A stretch of 64,000 nt of DNA from Vicugna vicugna. Taxonomy: Eukaryota. Below are positions 37,704 through 49,020 of the stretch, one piece after another; position 1 is the stretch's first letter; the number at the start of each line of letters is the position of its first letter. Below the pieces are notes generated by a model. That model saw only the letters and a program-made list of their open reading frames with translations, made no database searches and was not told the origin of the DNA. A program made the position numbers and the translations under genes. The DNA is taken from NCBI GenBank assembly GCA_013265495.1, contig MU058065.1:3077003-3141002 (forward strand), in the 5' to 3' direction.

Positions 37704-37705
37704 TC

Positions 37706-38155
37706 TGTCGGTGGCGCAATATCATGTACACACAAACACCGTGTGGAGAGGAGCGAAGCAGCTCTCTGTTTACTGAGTCTTAGAAAAGGGTTTATATAGG
37801 ACATGCACGAAGCCTCATATATCATCTAAGTTATAACAATGTTAATAATCTTAAGCTATTTAGATTCCCAGGCTCCAGGTTCCCAGGCTCCTGCTGTAAA
37901 CACAGGATGTTACATGATCAAGGACAGATTGTTTGAAAGTTCATCACGAAACTTCATTAAGTCGGCCATCTCTCATCCAGCCGGCTGTGCCTGTCTTAGG
38001 TTGTCCTCCTCTGAGGATCTTACCTGTCATTGGCTATCCAGCCATCCATACTGGATACATTAAGTAGGCCATTTCTTCTCCAGCCTGGATACGTGACATT
38101 TCTCATACCTTGTTTATCAGGCTTATTCTCTAGAGCCTTCAGATGGGGGCCTACA
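37706..38155 (-). repeat. 5' LTR of the provirus (450 bp)
   Basis: Minus strand TGTAGGCCCCC...CCGACA, followed by GA and the PBS; contains TATATAAA followed by AGTAAA. Confidence 0.93.
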
Positions 38156-39893
38156 GATGCTGAATCCCTAACGATCTTATGAACATTTCTAGGATCCAGA
38201 TGCAAATATAAAAATATTTGTATGTTTTGTATGTTATCTGTTTCATATGCCTTCAGTGTAATTTCTAAACCACACCACCCTAGTATTCATTATGTCATCA
38301 CACTTTGCTTAAGAGCATCCTATTTCTCAAACTAGTATAAATTGTGGAAGTGTCAAAGCATTAACTAAAAGTCTAGTGGGTACCTAATTGACCTGGGTAC
38401 AAAACAGCTTTAACGAGAACTGGGGAAAACCTAATTGTGACTTTAATACCTTGTTACTTAAAATGCATTTCCATGAACAAGCAGCATCCGCTTCACCTAC
38501 AAGTTTGTTAGAAATGCAGAGTCTCGGGCCCCTCCTGCTATTTACTGAATCAGAAGCTACCTTTTAACAAGATCCCCAGGAGATTCCTGTTCACATGAAA
38601 GTTGGAGAAGTACTGATTTAACCTTCTTGTCAGTTTATCTACCACTAGATGGAGATATACTTGCCACTTAAATGAGAGCCAGGTAAAGAAAGAAGAAATC
38701 TACTATCCCAGAGAATGGAGCAACTCTGGTTTCTGGTGCCTTGGCTTGCTGAACAGGAACGTAATAGAACTTTCCATTGACAGAGAAAAAACTGAGGTAA
38801 AGGGAATGGAACAACAGACCTGAAGTTCATTGAGATTCTTTGCTACTCATCTGAAAAGCAGGAGCTCCTGCCACCCCTTGAGCTATGCTAAGTAAAAACA
38901 AAACAAAACAAAACAAAAAATGCAGCTAAATATTTTAAAGAACCAATTTTCTCCAAAAGCGACCCCTAGCCATCTCAAAGACAACCTTTCCCACTCCCAC
39001 CCTCTACAAGTCTGAGTGACACCAGCTGAATACCCACAATTTCAGAACACACTTCTCAAACTCATTTTATATCAGTGGTATGAATTCAAGAAAATCAAAG
39101 TAATCTACCACACATTGGTTTTAACTACGAAATCATAAATTCTCACCTATGCACTTTTCAGTCAGCTACTTTTAGCAGGGACAGAAAGAAGTAAACCACA
39201 AAATGGATAATTAGTAAATAATTGTTGCTTTTTGGTGAGATAGCCCAGTAAAGCCCTTCCTATTACTACTGTTAAAACAGCTCTGAAAATATAATGGTTT
39301 CCCTAAATAGTGGAGGGTATGTTTTCCAGAAGTAATGATGTGACACTCTCTCAAAGAGGATAAAGATATATAAAATTTCAAAGCTCTATTTTAATCTACA
39401 CAACCATAGTAAAATTCTAGCTAGAAGATCATTTATAAAAAATTAGCATGTGCACCTGTCGTATTGTCTTCCCATCAACTCTTCCCTCACTTTTTCTATT
39501 AAAAGCCATCCCTTCCCTTTGAGAATGGTCCCTCCTCATTCTGTGTGTTTCTGGCAGAACTTCTGGACACCAAACCTTGACCATACTGGCCACAGAAGTA
39601 CAAGACCCAACCTGCCAATCAGAACATCCAGTCCCCACACCCAGACAAAAGTACTGGGTGAAGGACAGTTGCATGGTCCAGGAGGACCCAATCAGAGTCC
39701 ATTCCCAGCATTTTACATCTGTATCCTAAGAAAGAAGCAACGAGTTAGGATGATCCAAGCCTAAAGTTTGCTGAGTCCAGATCAACTCTGTCTCAGAAGC
39801 TGGCAAGCAGACCAACACAACTCAGGAAAGAGGCAGTGGTGAGAAACCCCAAATCTCGTGGTGCTTGGCCCATCCCTACTCTTTCTTATAAGT

Positions 39894-39895
<2 letters not shown>

Positions 39896-39932
<37 letters not shown>
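39896..39932. repeat. (GT)n microsatellite
   Basis: About 18 perfect GT units. Other microsatellites: 1261-1320 (CA/CT compound), 24474-24497, 48925-48952, (GACA)n at about 59978-60002, and poly(A) at 52427-52459. Confidence 0.95.
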
Positions 39933-39939
<7 letters not shown>

Positions 39940-41059
39940 GAGCTAGTCTTGTTTTATTCACAACACATACTTTCTGATACACAAACAGGAAAATGTGAAA
40001 AAGGATTTCAAAATGAAATTCCCTGAAGCTCAGCAAGGTAGCTTGTTACTGTTATGAAACTGTGGTTATGTCTTTAGTAAACAGAGTCATTTATCATATA
40101 TTCTATCATCCTGTGTCTACAAAGCAGGAATCATATTTCCAGAGCATCCTTTTCTCCCTGCACTAGGTCAGGCAAGCTCAGGTTTCTGAGTGAATAGAGC
40201 AAAAGAGAAACATAGAGCAATGTTTCCTTTTAGACAGATCTTCTGCCTGTATCACCTTCTCCTCCTCTACCCTGGTTAACTGGATGGATGATGTGAAATT
40301 TCCACTGGACTATTCCCTAAGTAAAAGTGTTAGGATGGAGAAATAGCACTTAGGTATTGAATCAGTATTTTGCATATATGCATTATTTTATTTAATAAAA
40401 CAAATGCCCCCTATAAAGCATTTTCCCTTTTTCACAGAAGAAAACACTGAGACTTTATTAGGTATCTCCTGGAGACCCTCAGACCAGTGTGTGGCAGATC
40501 CTGGACACATCCTGACCTGTCTGACCCCCACCTCGTGATTTCCTCCACAGCTCTATATTGCTTCCCAGGGGAAAGGGCAGTAATGTCAGTCATCCGGGCG
40601 GTATGTTTATATCACACCAAATGTCCATATGCTCAAATATTTTAAAAGGGTGATCGGCATCCTCTTAGCTTCAGTGTAAAATAGCTGGCATGTTAGGTAA
40701 GTAATCAAAAGGTTGAGCCTGAATTGAATGAGTCCAAAATGGACAGAAAATAAAGAAAATGCATCCCCTACCCCATTTCAAAAGAAAGAAAGAAAAAACC
40801 TGTTGAATACTGAAAGAGAAGGAAGACTAGTGAAGAAAGAGGAAACCGAACAAAAAGAGGATGAGAAAGAGGAAATTACTACCAGTTAAAAAAGAGAACT
40901 CAAAATAAGAATCACTCATCAAAGTCCATCCATCTCAAGTTAGCCACACTTGAAACTGGTACATAGGGAAAGAGGGATAAAGAAAAGATATCTAGCTTAA
41001 TTTATCTGAAAAGTGAGAGAAGAGATAATAAGGTCTAAAAAATACTGTTGACTCTTAAA

Positions 41060-41390
41060 AAAAGAAAAGACAAGTGAACTTATCTACAGATAAGTAACAG
41101 ACTCACAAACATAAAAAACAAACTTACAGTTACCTGTGGGGAAAGGGGTGGGAAGGGATAAATTGGGAGTTCGTGATTTGTAGATACTAACTATTATATA
41201 TAAAGTAGAAAAGCAGGTTTCTATTGTACAGTACAGGGAACTCTATTCAATATCTTGTAGTAACCTATAATGAAAAAGAATATGGAAAGGAATATATGTA
41301 TGTATATGTATGACTGAAACATTATGTTGTACGCCAGAAACTGACATAACATTGTAAACTGACTATACTTCAAGTAAAAAAAAAAAAAGT
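41060..41390 (+). mobile_element. L1 3' end
   Basis: Same young 3'UTR ending ttgtaaactgactatacttcaa followed by poly(A). Confidence 0.85.
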
Positions 41391-43519
41391 TTCTAAAGAA
41401 CAAAAATACTGAGCTTTAAGGAGCAGTTAGGAATAGAAAAAATTAGAGCCCCATTATTACCAGAAATAACAACGAACTTCCCATCCTCAAGATTTAAGAA
41501 GTAGCAGGGGAACAGAAAAATTGGAAAGTTGACCAAACTTGCTTTTGAAGTGGCCCCACAAGTGCTTCACCCCCATACAGACTCTCAACACCCCAGCAGC
41601 CCACCGCTCTCTGCACAGGCTTGTTGTGCAAAGATTTCCTGCCATCCCCTCCCTGACCTTCAAAACTTGCCCATCCTGTATCTCTTACCTAAAGGCATAT
41701 TCTCTGTTTTTCATAACTTCATCTTTTAATCTTATTACACCGACATGGAAAAGTTTCTGCAAGACATTGCCTCTCTGCAGATATGCAATGAAAATGCAGA
41801 GAAAAAGGGGCCAGAAAAATACACAATATAATGAAGAAGGAGGGAAATGGTGAGGTGAGATCATGAGATGAGGGCAGATTTTCACCTTTTATTCCCTGTA
41901 TTTCTGTTGATTGTTTATCATTTACTTTAAGCATGTGTTCATAGGTCATTGTTACAAAATGAGTGTGGAAAAAACTTGAGAAAAATATAGTTTAACTCAT
42001 TCTCCCCTTTCTGGGAGACTTTTCAACAGCAGATTTATAAGAATCTTTCAGAGAAGATTCCTAAACATATACAAAGGATTTACAGGAAGGGTCAGTCTCA
42101 GATACTCCTGGGGTTGGGTGACAGAATTAGAAGGAGGTGTTTTCTGTAGCTGGGACTTTTTAATGCAACTTTACTCTTAGTGCCTTTATGAGAAGAACTG
42201 GCAGAATCAGTCACCATCCCTGCAAGGCCACCGTGCAAAAGAAACATCCCTATGTGTGCCTATCCTGAGTCATAGGGATACAAGCTGAATACAGGGTAGT
42301 CACTGGAGGGGAATGGTCAAGTAAAAGTCAGAAGACATTCTGCATTTTCTGTAATATTTTAATTTCTATAAAAATATATTTGTATTTGCTTAGTAATTAA
42401 AAATAAATATAAAACAAAATAAATTTTGAAACATTTTTTTTTTGACCAGTACGAATGGGATGGGAAACAGGTGTGCCCCTGCTAGTTGGCTATATCTGAG
42501 ACCCACCACTCCCTCTAGGGTACTCTTTCCCCTACTACATGCCCAGAAAGTCAATGACTGAATGCCCAGAGGGTCACTGGGCAAAATGACTTGGGTGGAA
42601 GAAAACACATCCTTATCCCATGACCACAGAGCCGGGGTCCTGTGTACTCACATTTTCTCTCTAGATTTGCTGATTACTCTGATTTCAGTGTTAAAGCCTC
42701 TTTCGGTTGCAAGTAACAGAGACCAAATAGAATTACCGTATTCGAAAAGAAAAATTTATTTTACCAGGTAACAAGAAGAACAAAACAAAACAGGCTTGGC
42801 TTCATGCAAAGTTGGACTTGGCGGCAGTAGCAATTTGTTTTTCTGCCTCGACTCCTCCTTCTTTGGCATGGGCATCATTCCCAAGTCTTTTCCCATAGGG
42901 AGCCCAAGCTCACAGCCAGTCCCCGCAGGCTTATACTTTTCCCTTACATTACCGCCAAGCCACGTCAGTGGAAACAGAACCTGTTTAGCTCCAGAGTAAA
43001 TCCTGGTGTTTAGTGTCATAGGTCTGGCTTGAGTCACTCACCCAATTGCAGAGGAAAGGGGAATGGGATGTTCTGATTGAATGGGCCCAGGCCACGTACC
43101 TACCAATGGCTGGAGCCTGGGATCAACCCCACCTGAAACACAGGGATTCAGTGGGTGGGGGATGTAGTACCGAGGTACTTATTCAAAGAAAGGGAAAGCA
43201 TTGCCAGAAGGCAAAAACAAGGGATGTCCACCAGTTCCCCTGACAAGCAGCCACACCAAGTAATCCACATTCATTATCATTACTGCTCTTTTTATGGCTC
43301 TAATGTCCGTCTAACATGCTATGACTTTCAGGTCTCAAACATAAGGCTTTTCTCTCCAACTTTGGCGTCTCAGGGAGCCCTCAAAGCATTACTGTCAATG
43401 CTGGGAGGAGTTATCTACCAACCCCCTATGATTTGGGCTGAGAAGGAATAATTTTCCAGGCAGGGAACATCCATTCAACGTATCTTTTATTTCCTCTATG
43501 TATCATACATGCACTTGAC

Positions 43520-44570
43520 CCAGATCCTGCTGACAATAATTAGCCTAGTTGGGAGACTCTTTGAGAAAAATGATGTTAAGACAGGCTGATAAGGGAAGAC
43601 TATGAAAGAAAAGAGTCCAAGTCAGCTCGAGGCAGTCAGGACGTGCTTCTAAGAGAAGATGATGGTCTAGCTAAGTCCCTGAGACTATGTAAGAGCTATG
43701 CAGAGAGGTAGAAGATGAAGGGGTGGATGGATGCTCTAGGTAGAGAGAAGAGTATGTCCCCAACCACAAAGGCACTGAGTCATGGTGTATTTTTGGAATT
43801 ACAAGTAGGCCAGGTTAACTACAGCTCGGGTTGTGTGGGGGGAGAGGGAGAGTGGCCTGAGATGAGGCTGGCTGTAAGGAACACGAATGAACTTGTCAGC
43901 CATATCAATCTAGATGTTTGAAATTTATTTTGTAAGCAAGCACCAGCTCTTAGAAGCTTTTGGGCAAAGGAAAAACATGACCAAATATGGTTTTGTTTGT
44001 TTGTTTAGTCACTCCCTGGAGGACAGATTGTGAAGGATTAAGACTGGAGGTAGTGAGACAAATACGGCCTACTTCAGTGGTCGTGGCAGGTTTGGATAAA
44101 GGAGGAATTAAAACAGTGCGGGGTGGAGGAGAGGGAATGGATATACAGGAGATAGAATTGACAGGACAGAAAAAATAAAAGGCATGAAGGAAAAGAAGAG
44201 AGAGGAGAAAAGAGGAGAATCTAGGTGGGTTTCCAGGTTTCTGGCTTGGGTGACTGGTTAATTGGTGCTGTCATTCCAACAGAAACCAACTTTTCAGAGG
44301 AAGAGGATAAATATGGTTGGGGACATTCAGCTGGAGATATGTAATGGATACAAGGGTTCCAAGTTCAGGAGAGCCATTAGGCCTGGAAATGGAGATCTCA
44401 TCCGGGACCAGAGGTAGCTGAAGCCGTGTCTGTGGTTGGGTCAGTCAAGAGGAAGGTAGAATATGAAAAGAGAAGTGGGAAGGACAGAACCCTGGACATC
44501 ACCAACATTTAAAAGTACAATAGATAAAGAAGAGTCAACAAGGAGACGAAAATGAAAGGACCTGATATGG
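43520..44570. mobile_element. Ancient L2 fragment
   Basis: Purine-rich L2 motifs (gactggaggtagtgagac, ccaggtttctggcttgggtgactgg, gacagaaccctgg). Confidence 0.6.
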
Positions 44571-45344
44571 AAGGGAGCTATGAGGATCTTCACTTCACCA
44601 GGAAAGGGAGATCCTTGTTTTCACAGTTACTGGTAATTCTCTTTTGAAAACCTGCCTCCTTCCCCTCCTGACCGACTCCAGCCTTTCTCTGCTAAAGCCA
44701 CAGATTGGAAATCTCAGATAAGAAAAGGCTTTGCAAAGATATGCAAGAAGGCTGCAGCCTTAACACCACAGCCAGCTTTGGTACTTGAGTATGATTTCCC
44801 TCATTTCTGCTCTCCTGTGGGTTGTTAGCAGGTGATTTTTGCTGACTTCTGGATCCTTGGCTGTCTTCCAGACAGCTAAGGTCACAGAGACATAAAGCAT
44901 TCCAGTGGCACTTTCAAAGCAAACCTCATCTTTACAAATAATCAGCTAGACTGGAGAAAACTGCTCAATTGCCCATCAGAAGCAGGAAGGGCTCCTTTAC
45001 GGGACCCAGAGGGACCATCTTCCTTGCTAACCTGAATCTGTTGCCACAAGACGGAATGGATGTTTGTGTTTGGGCTATCTTGATAGATCATAGGTTCAGA
45101 AATGCATGTATCATCCACTTAGCACTGGGGAAGGATTCAGACTTGAGCCCAGTCTCAGCTCTCTCAGTAGCTATTTGGCCAAGAACCCCTCTCTGAGCCT
45201 CAGTTTTCTTAGTTGCCAGATGGAGACAGTGATCCTGACCTCAAAACACTGTGTGAAGGTGAAATGAGATCATCAATGTGCACAGAGCCACTGGTTTCAT
45301 GAGAAAAAGATGGAATGATTATGTAATTGACCTTTCTTTCTTTT

Positions 45345-46080
45345 TAGTTTATTGTAGTAAAATATATACAACATAGGATTTGTCATGTTTAAGCATACAA
45401 TTCGGTGGCATTAATTACACGTATTATGTTGTGTAACCATTACCACTATCTATTAAAACTTTTCCATCACCCTAAATAGAAGCTCTGTACCCGTTAAGCA
45501 ATTAGCTCCCATTCTCCTCCACCCACTGCCCCTGGTAACCTCTAATCTGCTTTTTGAGCCTATGAATTTGCCTATTCTAGATATTTCATATAAATGGAAT
45601 CACACATATTTGTCCTTCTGTGTCTGGCTTATTTCACTTAGTATAATGTTTTCAAGGTTTATCTATCTTGTAACATGCATCAAAACTTCATTTCTTTTTA
45701 TGGCTGAATAATACTCCATTGTATGCATATACTGTGTTTTGTTTATCCATTTTTCTGTTGATGGACATATGGATTCTTCCATCTCTTTGGCTATTGTGAA
45801 TGATACTACTATGACAATTGGTGCATATGTATCTGTTTGAGTCCCTGCTTTCAGTTTATTGGGGAAAATACCTAGGAATGGAATTGTTGAGTTATATGGC
45901 AATTCTACATTAGACTCTTTTGAGGAACCACCATACTGTTTTCCACAACACTACACTTTTACATTTCCACCAGCAATGCACAAGGGTTCCAATTTCTCCA
46001 TCCTCACCAACACTTGTTATTTTCCATACTTTTGATTATAACCATCCTAATAGGTGTGAAGTAATATCTTCCTGTGATTT
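45345..46080 (-). mobile_element. L1M 3' region, antisense
   Basis: tttgaggaaccaccatactgttttccac...acatttccaccagcaatgcacaagggttccaatttctcca...; gtctggcttatttcacttag. Confidence 0.88.
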
Positions 46081-46970
46081 AATTATCTCTGTTAATGTAA
46101 GAAAACAATTCAGATAATCAAATCTAAACAATAGTTCAAAGATCATCGGTAAGTACTTTGGTAATATTTGGTTATTATTGGCCATACAAACAAAGGGTGA
46201 GTATTTGGTTTTAAAACTGCATTTAAAATAAAGTGGTGTCCCCAGACTGATTCACAAAGGCTTGTTAAGAAAGGATGGTGCTTGCTCTAAGGCTGTCATC
46301 TTTCTGGTTTATGACTTTCTGAGCACATACAGATAATTCACTGCTTTGTTTCAGGAGACTTAACAGCTTTGATCATTGAGAATTGATAAGATGAAATAAT
46401 AGCAATATTAATTGTGGGCACTAATGGACAGAGGATGTGAGGCTGATCTTAAATCTCTAAGGGGCATAAAAATTACCCACCACTAGACTCATAAACATTT
46501 GTTGGAAGATGGTCAGTTGGTTGTATGTCATACTCTTAAATTTATATGCACTTAGAAAAGAAGAATCTTATCTATTTTAGCTTGTTTAATATTTTAAAAA
46601 AAAACCTCTGTAATCGGTATTATTAATGTTCTTATTTTATATATGAGAAAAAAAGGCTCAGATAAATTAAGCAACTTGCCCAAGTGATTGAAGGGAAATC
46701 GTCCCCCTGACATCTGAGCTGCCTTCCTGGAAGACAATGTGAGCTGAAATGGAGAAGGTGCTGTCTGTGACTTCCTGGGGCTGCAGCAATAAAGTACCCC
46801 CGCCGAGAGGCTTAAACACAGAAATTCATCGTCAGTTCTGGCAGCTCCAGGTCTGAGGTCGAGGTGTCAGCTGGGTTCAGTCTTTCTGAGGGCTGTGAGG
46901 GAGAATCTGTTCTGTGTCCTCTCTCCTAGCTTCTGGTGCCTTGGGCATCCCTTGGCTTATAAATGGCACT

Positions 46971-47105
46971 TTTTTTTTTTTTTGGCAGGGGGAAGTAACT
47001 AGTTTTATTTATTCATTTAGTTTTTTGATGGAGGTACAGGAGATTGAACCCAGGACCTCATGCTTGCTAAGCATGCACTCTACCACTTGAGCTACACCCT
47101 CCCCC
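46971..47105 (-). mobile_element. vic-1-like SINE nested in an MLT1 LTR (about 46770-47365)
   Basis: Perfect 13-bp TSD tataaatggcact (46958-46970 and 47106-47118); tRNA-like head on the minus strand. Confidence 0.88.
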
Positions 47106-47455
47106 TATAAATGGCACTCTTCTTGTGTCTCCACATCGTCTTCTCTCTACGTGTGTCTGTCTGTCTCTGTGTCCAAAGATCCCCTTTTTATGAGGACAAA
47201 AATCCTATCGGATTAAAGTCCACCCTAATGACCCCATTTGCACCTGATTACCTCTGTAAAGATCCTAACTCCAAATAAAGTCGCATTCTCAGATACTGGG
47301 GGTTAGTGCTTCAACAGATCTTGTTTTGGGGTGTTTGGGGGAAGTTTACAACTCAGATCATAACAATGACTTAACATTGAGTTGTCTGAACCTCCAAACG
47401 GGCTTGTACACCTGTCTTCACATAACTTTATAATGCCTGAAGGGCCTTAGAACGT

Positions 47456-47692
47456 ATTTTATTTTATTTTATTTTTATTTTGGGGGAGGAGGTAATTAGG
47501 TTTATTTATTGACTTATTTTTTAATTTATTTTTAATGGAGGTACTGAGGGTATCAGGACCTTGTGAATGCTAAACATGTGCTCTATCACTGAACTATACC
47601 CTCCTCATCTTTTTTTTTTTTTTGGTGTGGGGGGAGGAGGTAATTAGGTTTATTTTATTTTATTATTTTTTAATGGAGGCACTGGGGACTGA
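47456..47692 (-). mobile_element. Two tandem vic-1-like SINE copies (one full, one headless)
   Basis: Two ggaggtaattaggtttattt...aatggagg.actg units. Confidence 0.8.
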
Positions 47693-48482
47693 TAGAATAT
47701 ATTTTATGTTCAGTAAAAAAAAGTATAAATTTCTAACTGGACTTCTGTTCAGTATTGCCTAAACTACCTACTTAAGGGTTCTGATGCATGCTCTAGGACA
47801 TCTGTTATTATGATCTTTTCCAATTTTGAACTCTTCAGAAGTTCACAGTGCCTGCGGGCCTGCTTAACTTTTAGCATCGGTTCAAAAGGAAGGTCTTCTT
47901 TATTTTTAAATTGCTTCAAGGTTTATTTTTAAAATAAAGTTTCCATTTCCTACGGAATTCACAAGGTTTAGGGTATCTGGAAAAAAATGCCTTGGGTTTT
48001 AGGAATATATTTTGGAACCTAAACCTTCATTTACCAAAAGAAAACCACAAAAAAACAAGAGAGAGAGAGAAAGAGATGTTTCAATTTTTGTTTTGAAAGA
48101 AATTAGACTACCTTGTACCACAATTTTTATAGGTCTTTCTTTTTGCTTTTGAAGACGTTGCTAGGTCTTTGATTTTTGCCCAGGTCTCTAGACAAAGCCT
48201 AGGGCAGGGGATGGAGAGGATGATGGATGACTGCTGGAAGAGTGGGTGAAGGTCTGAGGATGATGCACTGTGCTTCCCAGTCCCTCCCCTCTTCCTTGAA
48301 GGCTGAAGGATCTATTTCCTTAGCCACTGGGAATGCTGGCAGTCAACAGTCCTCAGCTGTCAGGCCTCTTTAGGAATTGCCTGGACTGAGTCACCTTTCC
48401 ATGCCCAAAGTCACAATCTCTTCCCAGAGCAGCCAGCATCCAGGGACTGGTCCCCAAGGAGGTAGACATGGCCAATTTTTTT

Positions 48483-48922
48483 TTTTTAATTAAGATATTG
48501 TTGATTTACAATATTATATTAGTTTCAGGTGTACAGCGTAGTGATTCACAATTTTAAAGGTTATTACCCCATTTAAGTTTATTATAAAATAATGACTATA
48601 ATCCTTGTGCTGTACAATATATCCGTGTAGCTTACTTGCTTTATATGTAGCAGTTTGTGCTTTTTAATCCCCTATCTCTGTCTTGCCCTTCCCCCTCCCC
48701 TCTCCCCGCTGGTAACCACCAGTGTGTTCTCTATATCTGTGAGTCTGTTTCTTTTTTGTAACATTCACTAGTTTGTTTTCTTTTTTAGATTCCACATTAA
48801 ATGATAACATACAGTATTTGTCTTTCTCTGACTTATTTCTCTAAGCACAATACCCTCCAAATCTATCCACGTTGTTGGAAATGGCAAAATTTCATTCTTT
48901 TTTTATGGTTGAGTAGTCTTCC

Positions 48923-48956
<34 letters not shown>

Positions 48957-49020
48957 CATAGCCAACATCTTCTTTATTCATTCATCTCTCAATGAACTTA
49001 GGTTGCTTCCACATCTTGAA
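48483..49020 (-). mobile_element. L1 3' fragment inserted in an LTR16-like ERVL LTR (about 48240-49255)
   Basis: TSD ggccaa(t/c)ttttt at 48471-48482 and 49021-49032; antisense L1 3'UTR with internal (GT)n. Confidence 0.8.

Larger units (their letters stand above)
31819..38155 (-). mobile_element. Defective class II (betaretrovirus-like, ERVK/ERV2-type) endogenous provirus, LTR-delta gag-dut/pro-pol-env-LTR
   Basis: Two direct repeats of about 450 bp with TG...CA ends, plus PBS, PPT, and dUTPase, protease (LLDTG), RT (YMDD), RNaseH, IN and beta-type env remnants in canonical order. Confidence 0.97.

Noticed and set aside
37539..38205. ORFs overlapping the 5' LTR and leader (possible sag-like accessory gene)
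   Set aside because: They are short, several start at non-ATG codons or cross LTR boundaries, and they are not preserved in the other LTR.
38642..38655. CTCF-like CCACTAGATGGAGA next to the provirus
   Set aside because: It mismatches at the conserved GGC position, and a single motif match is not enough support.
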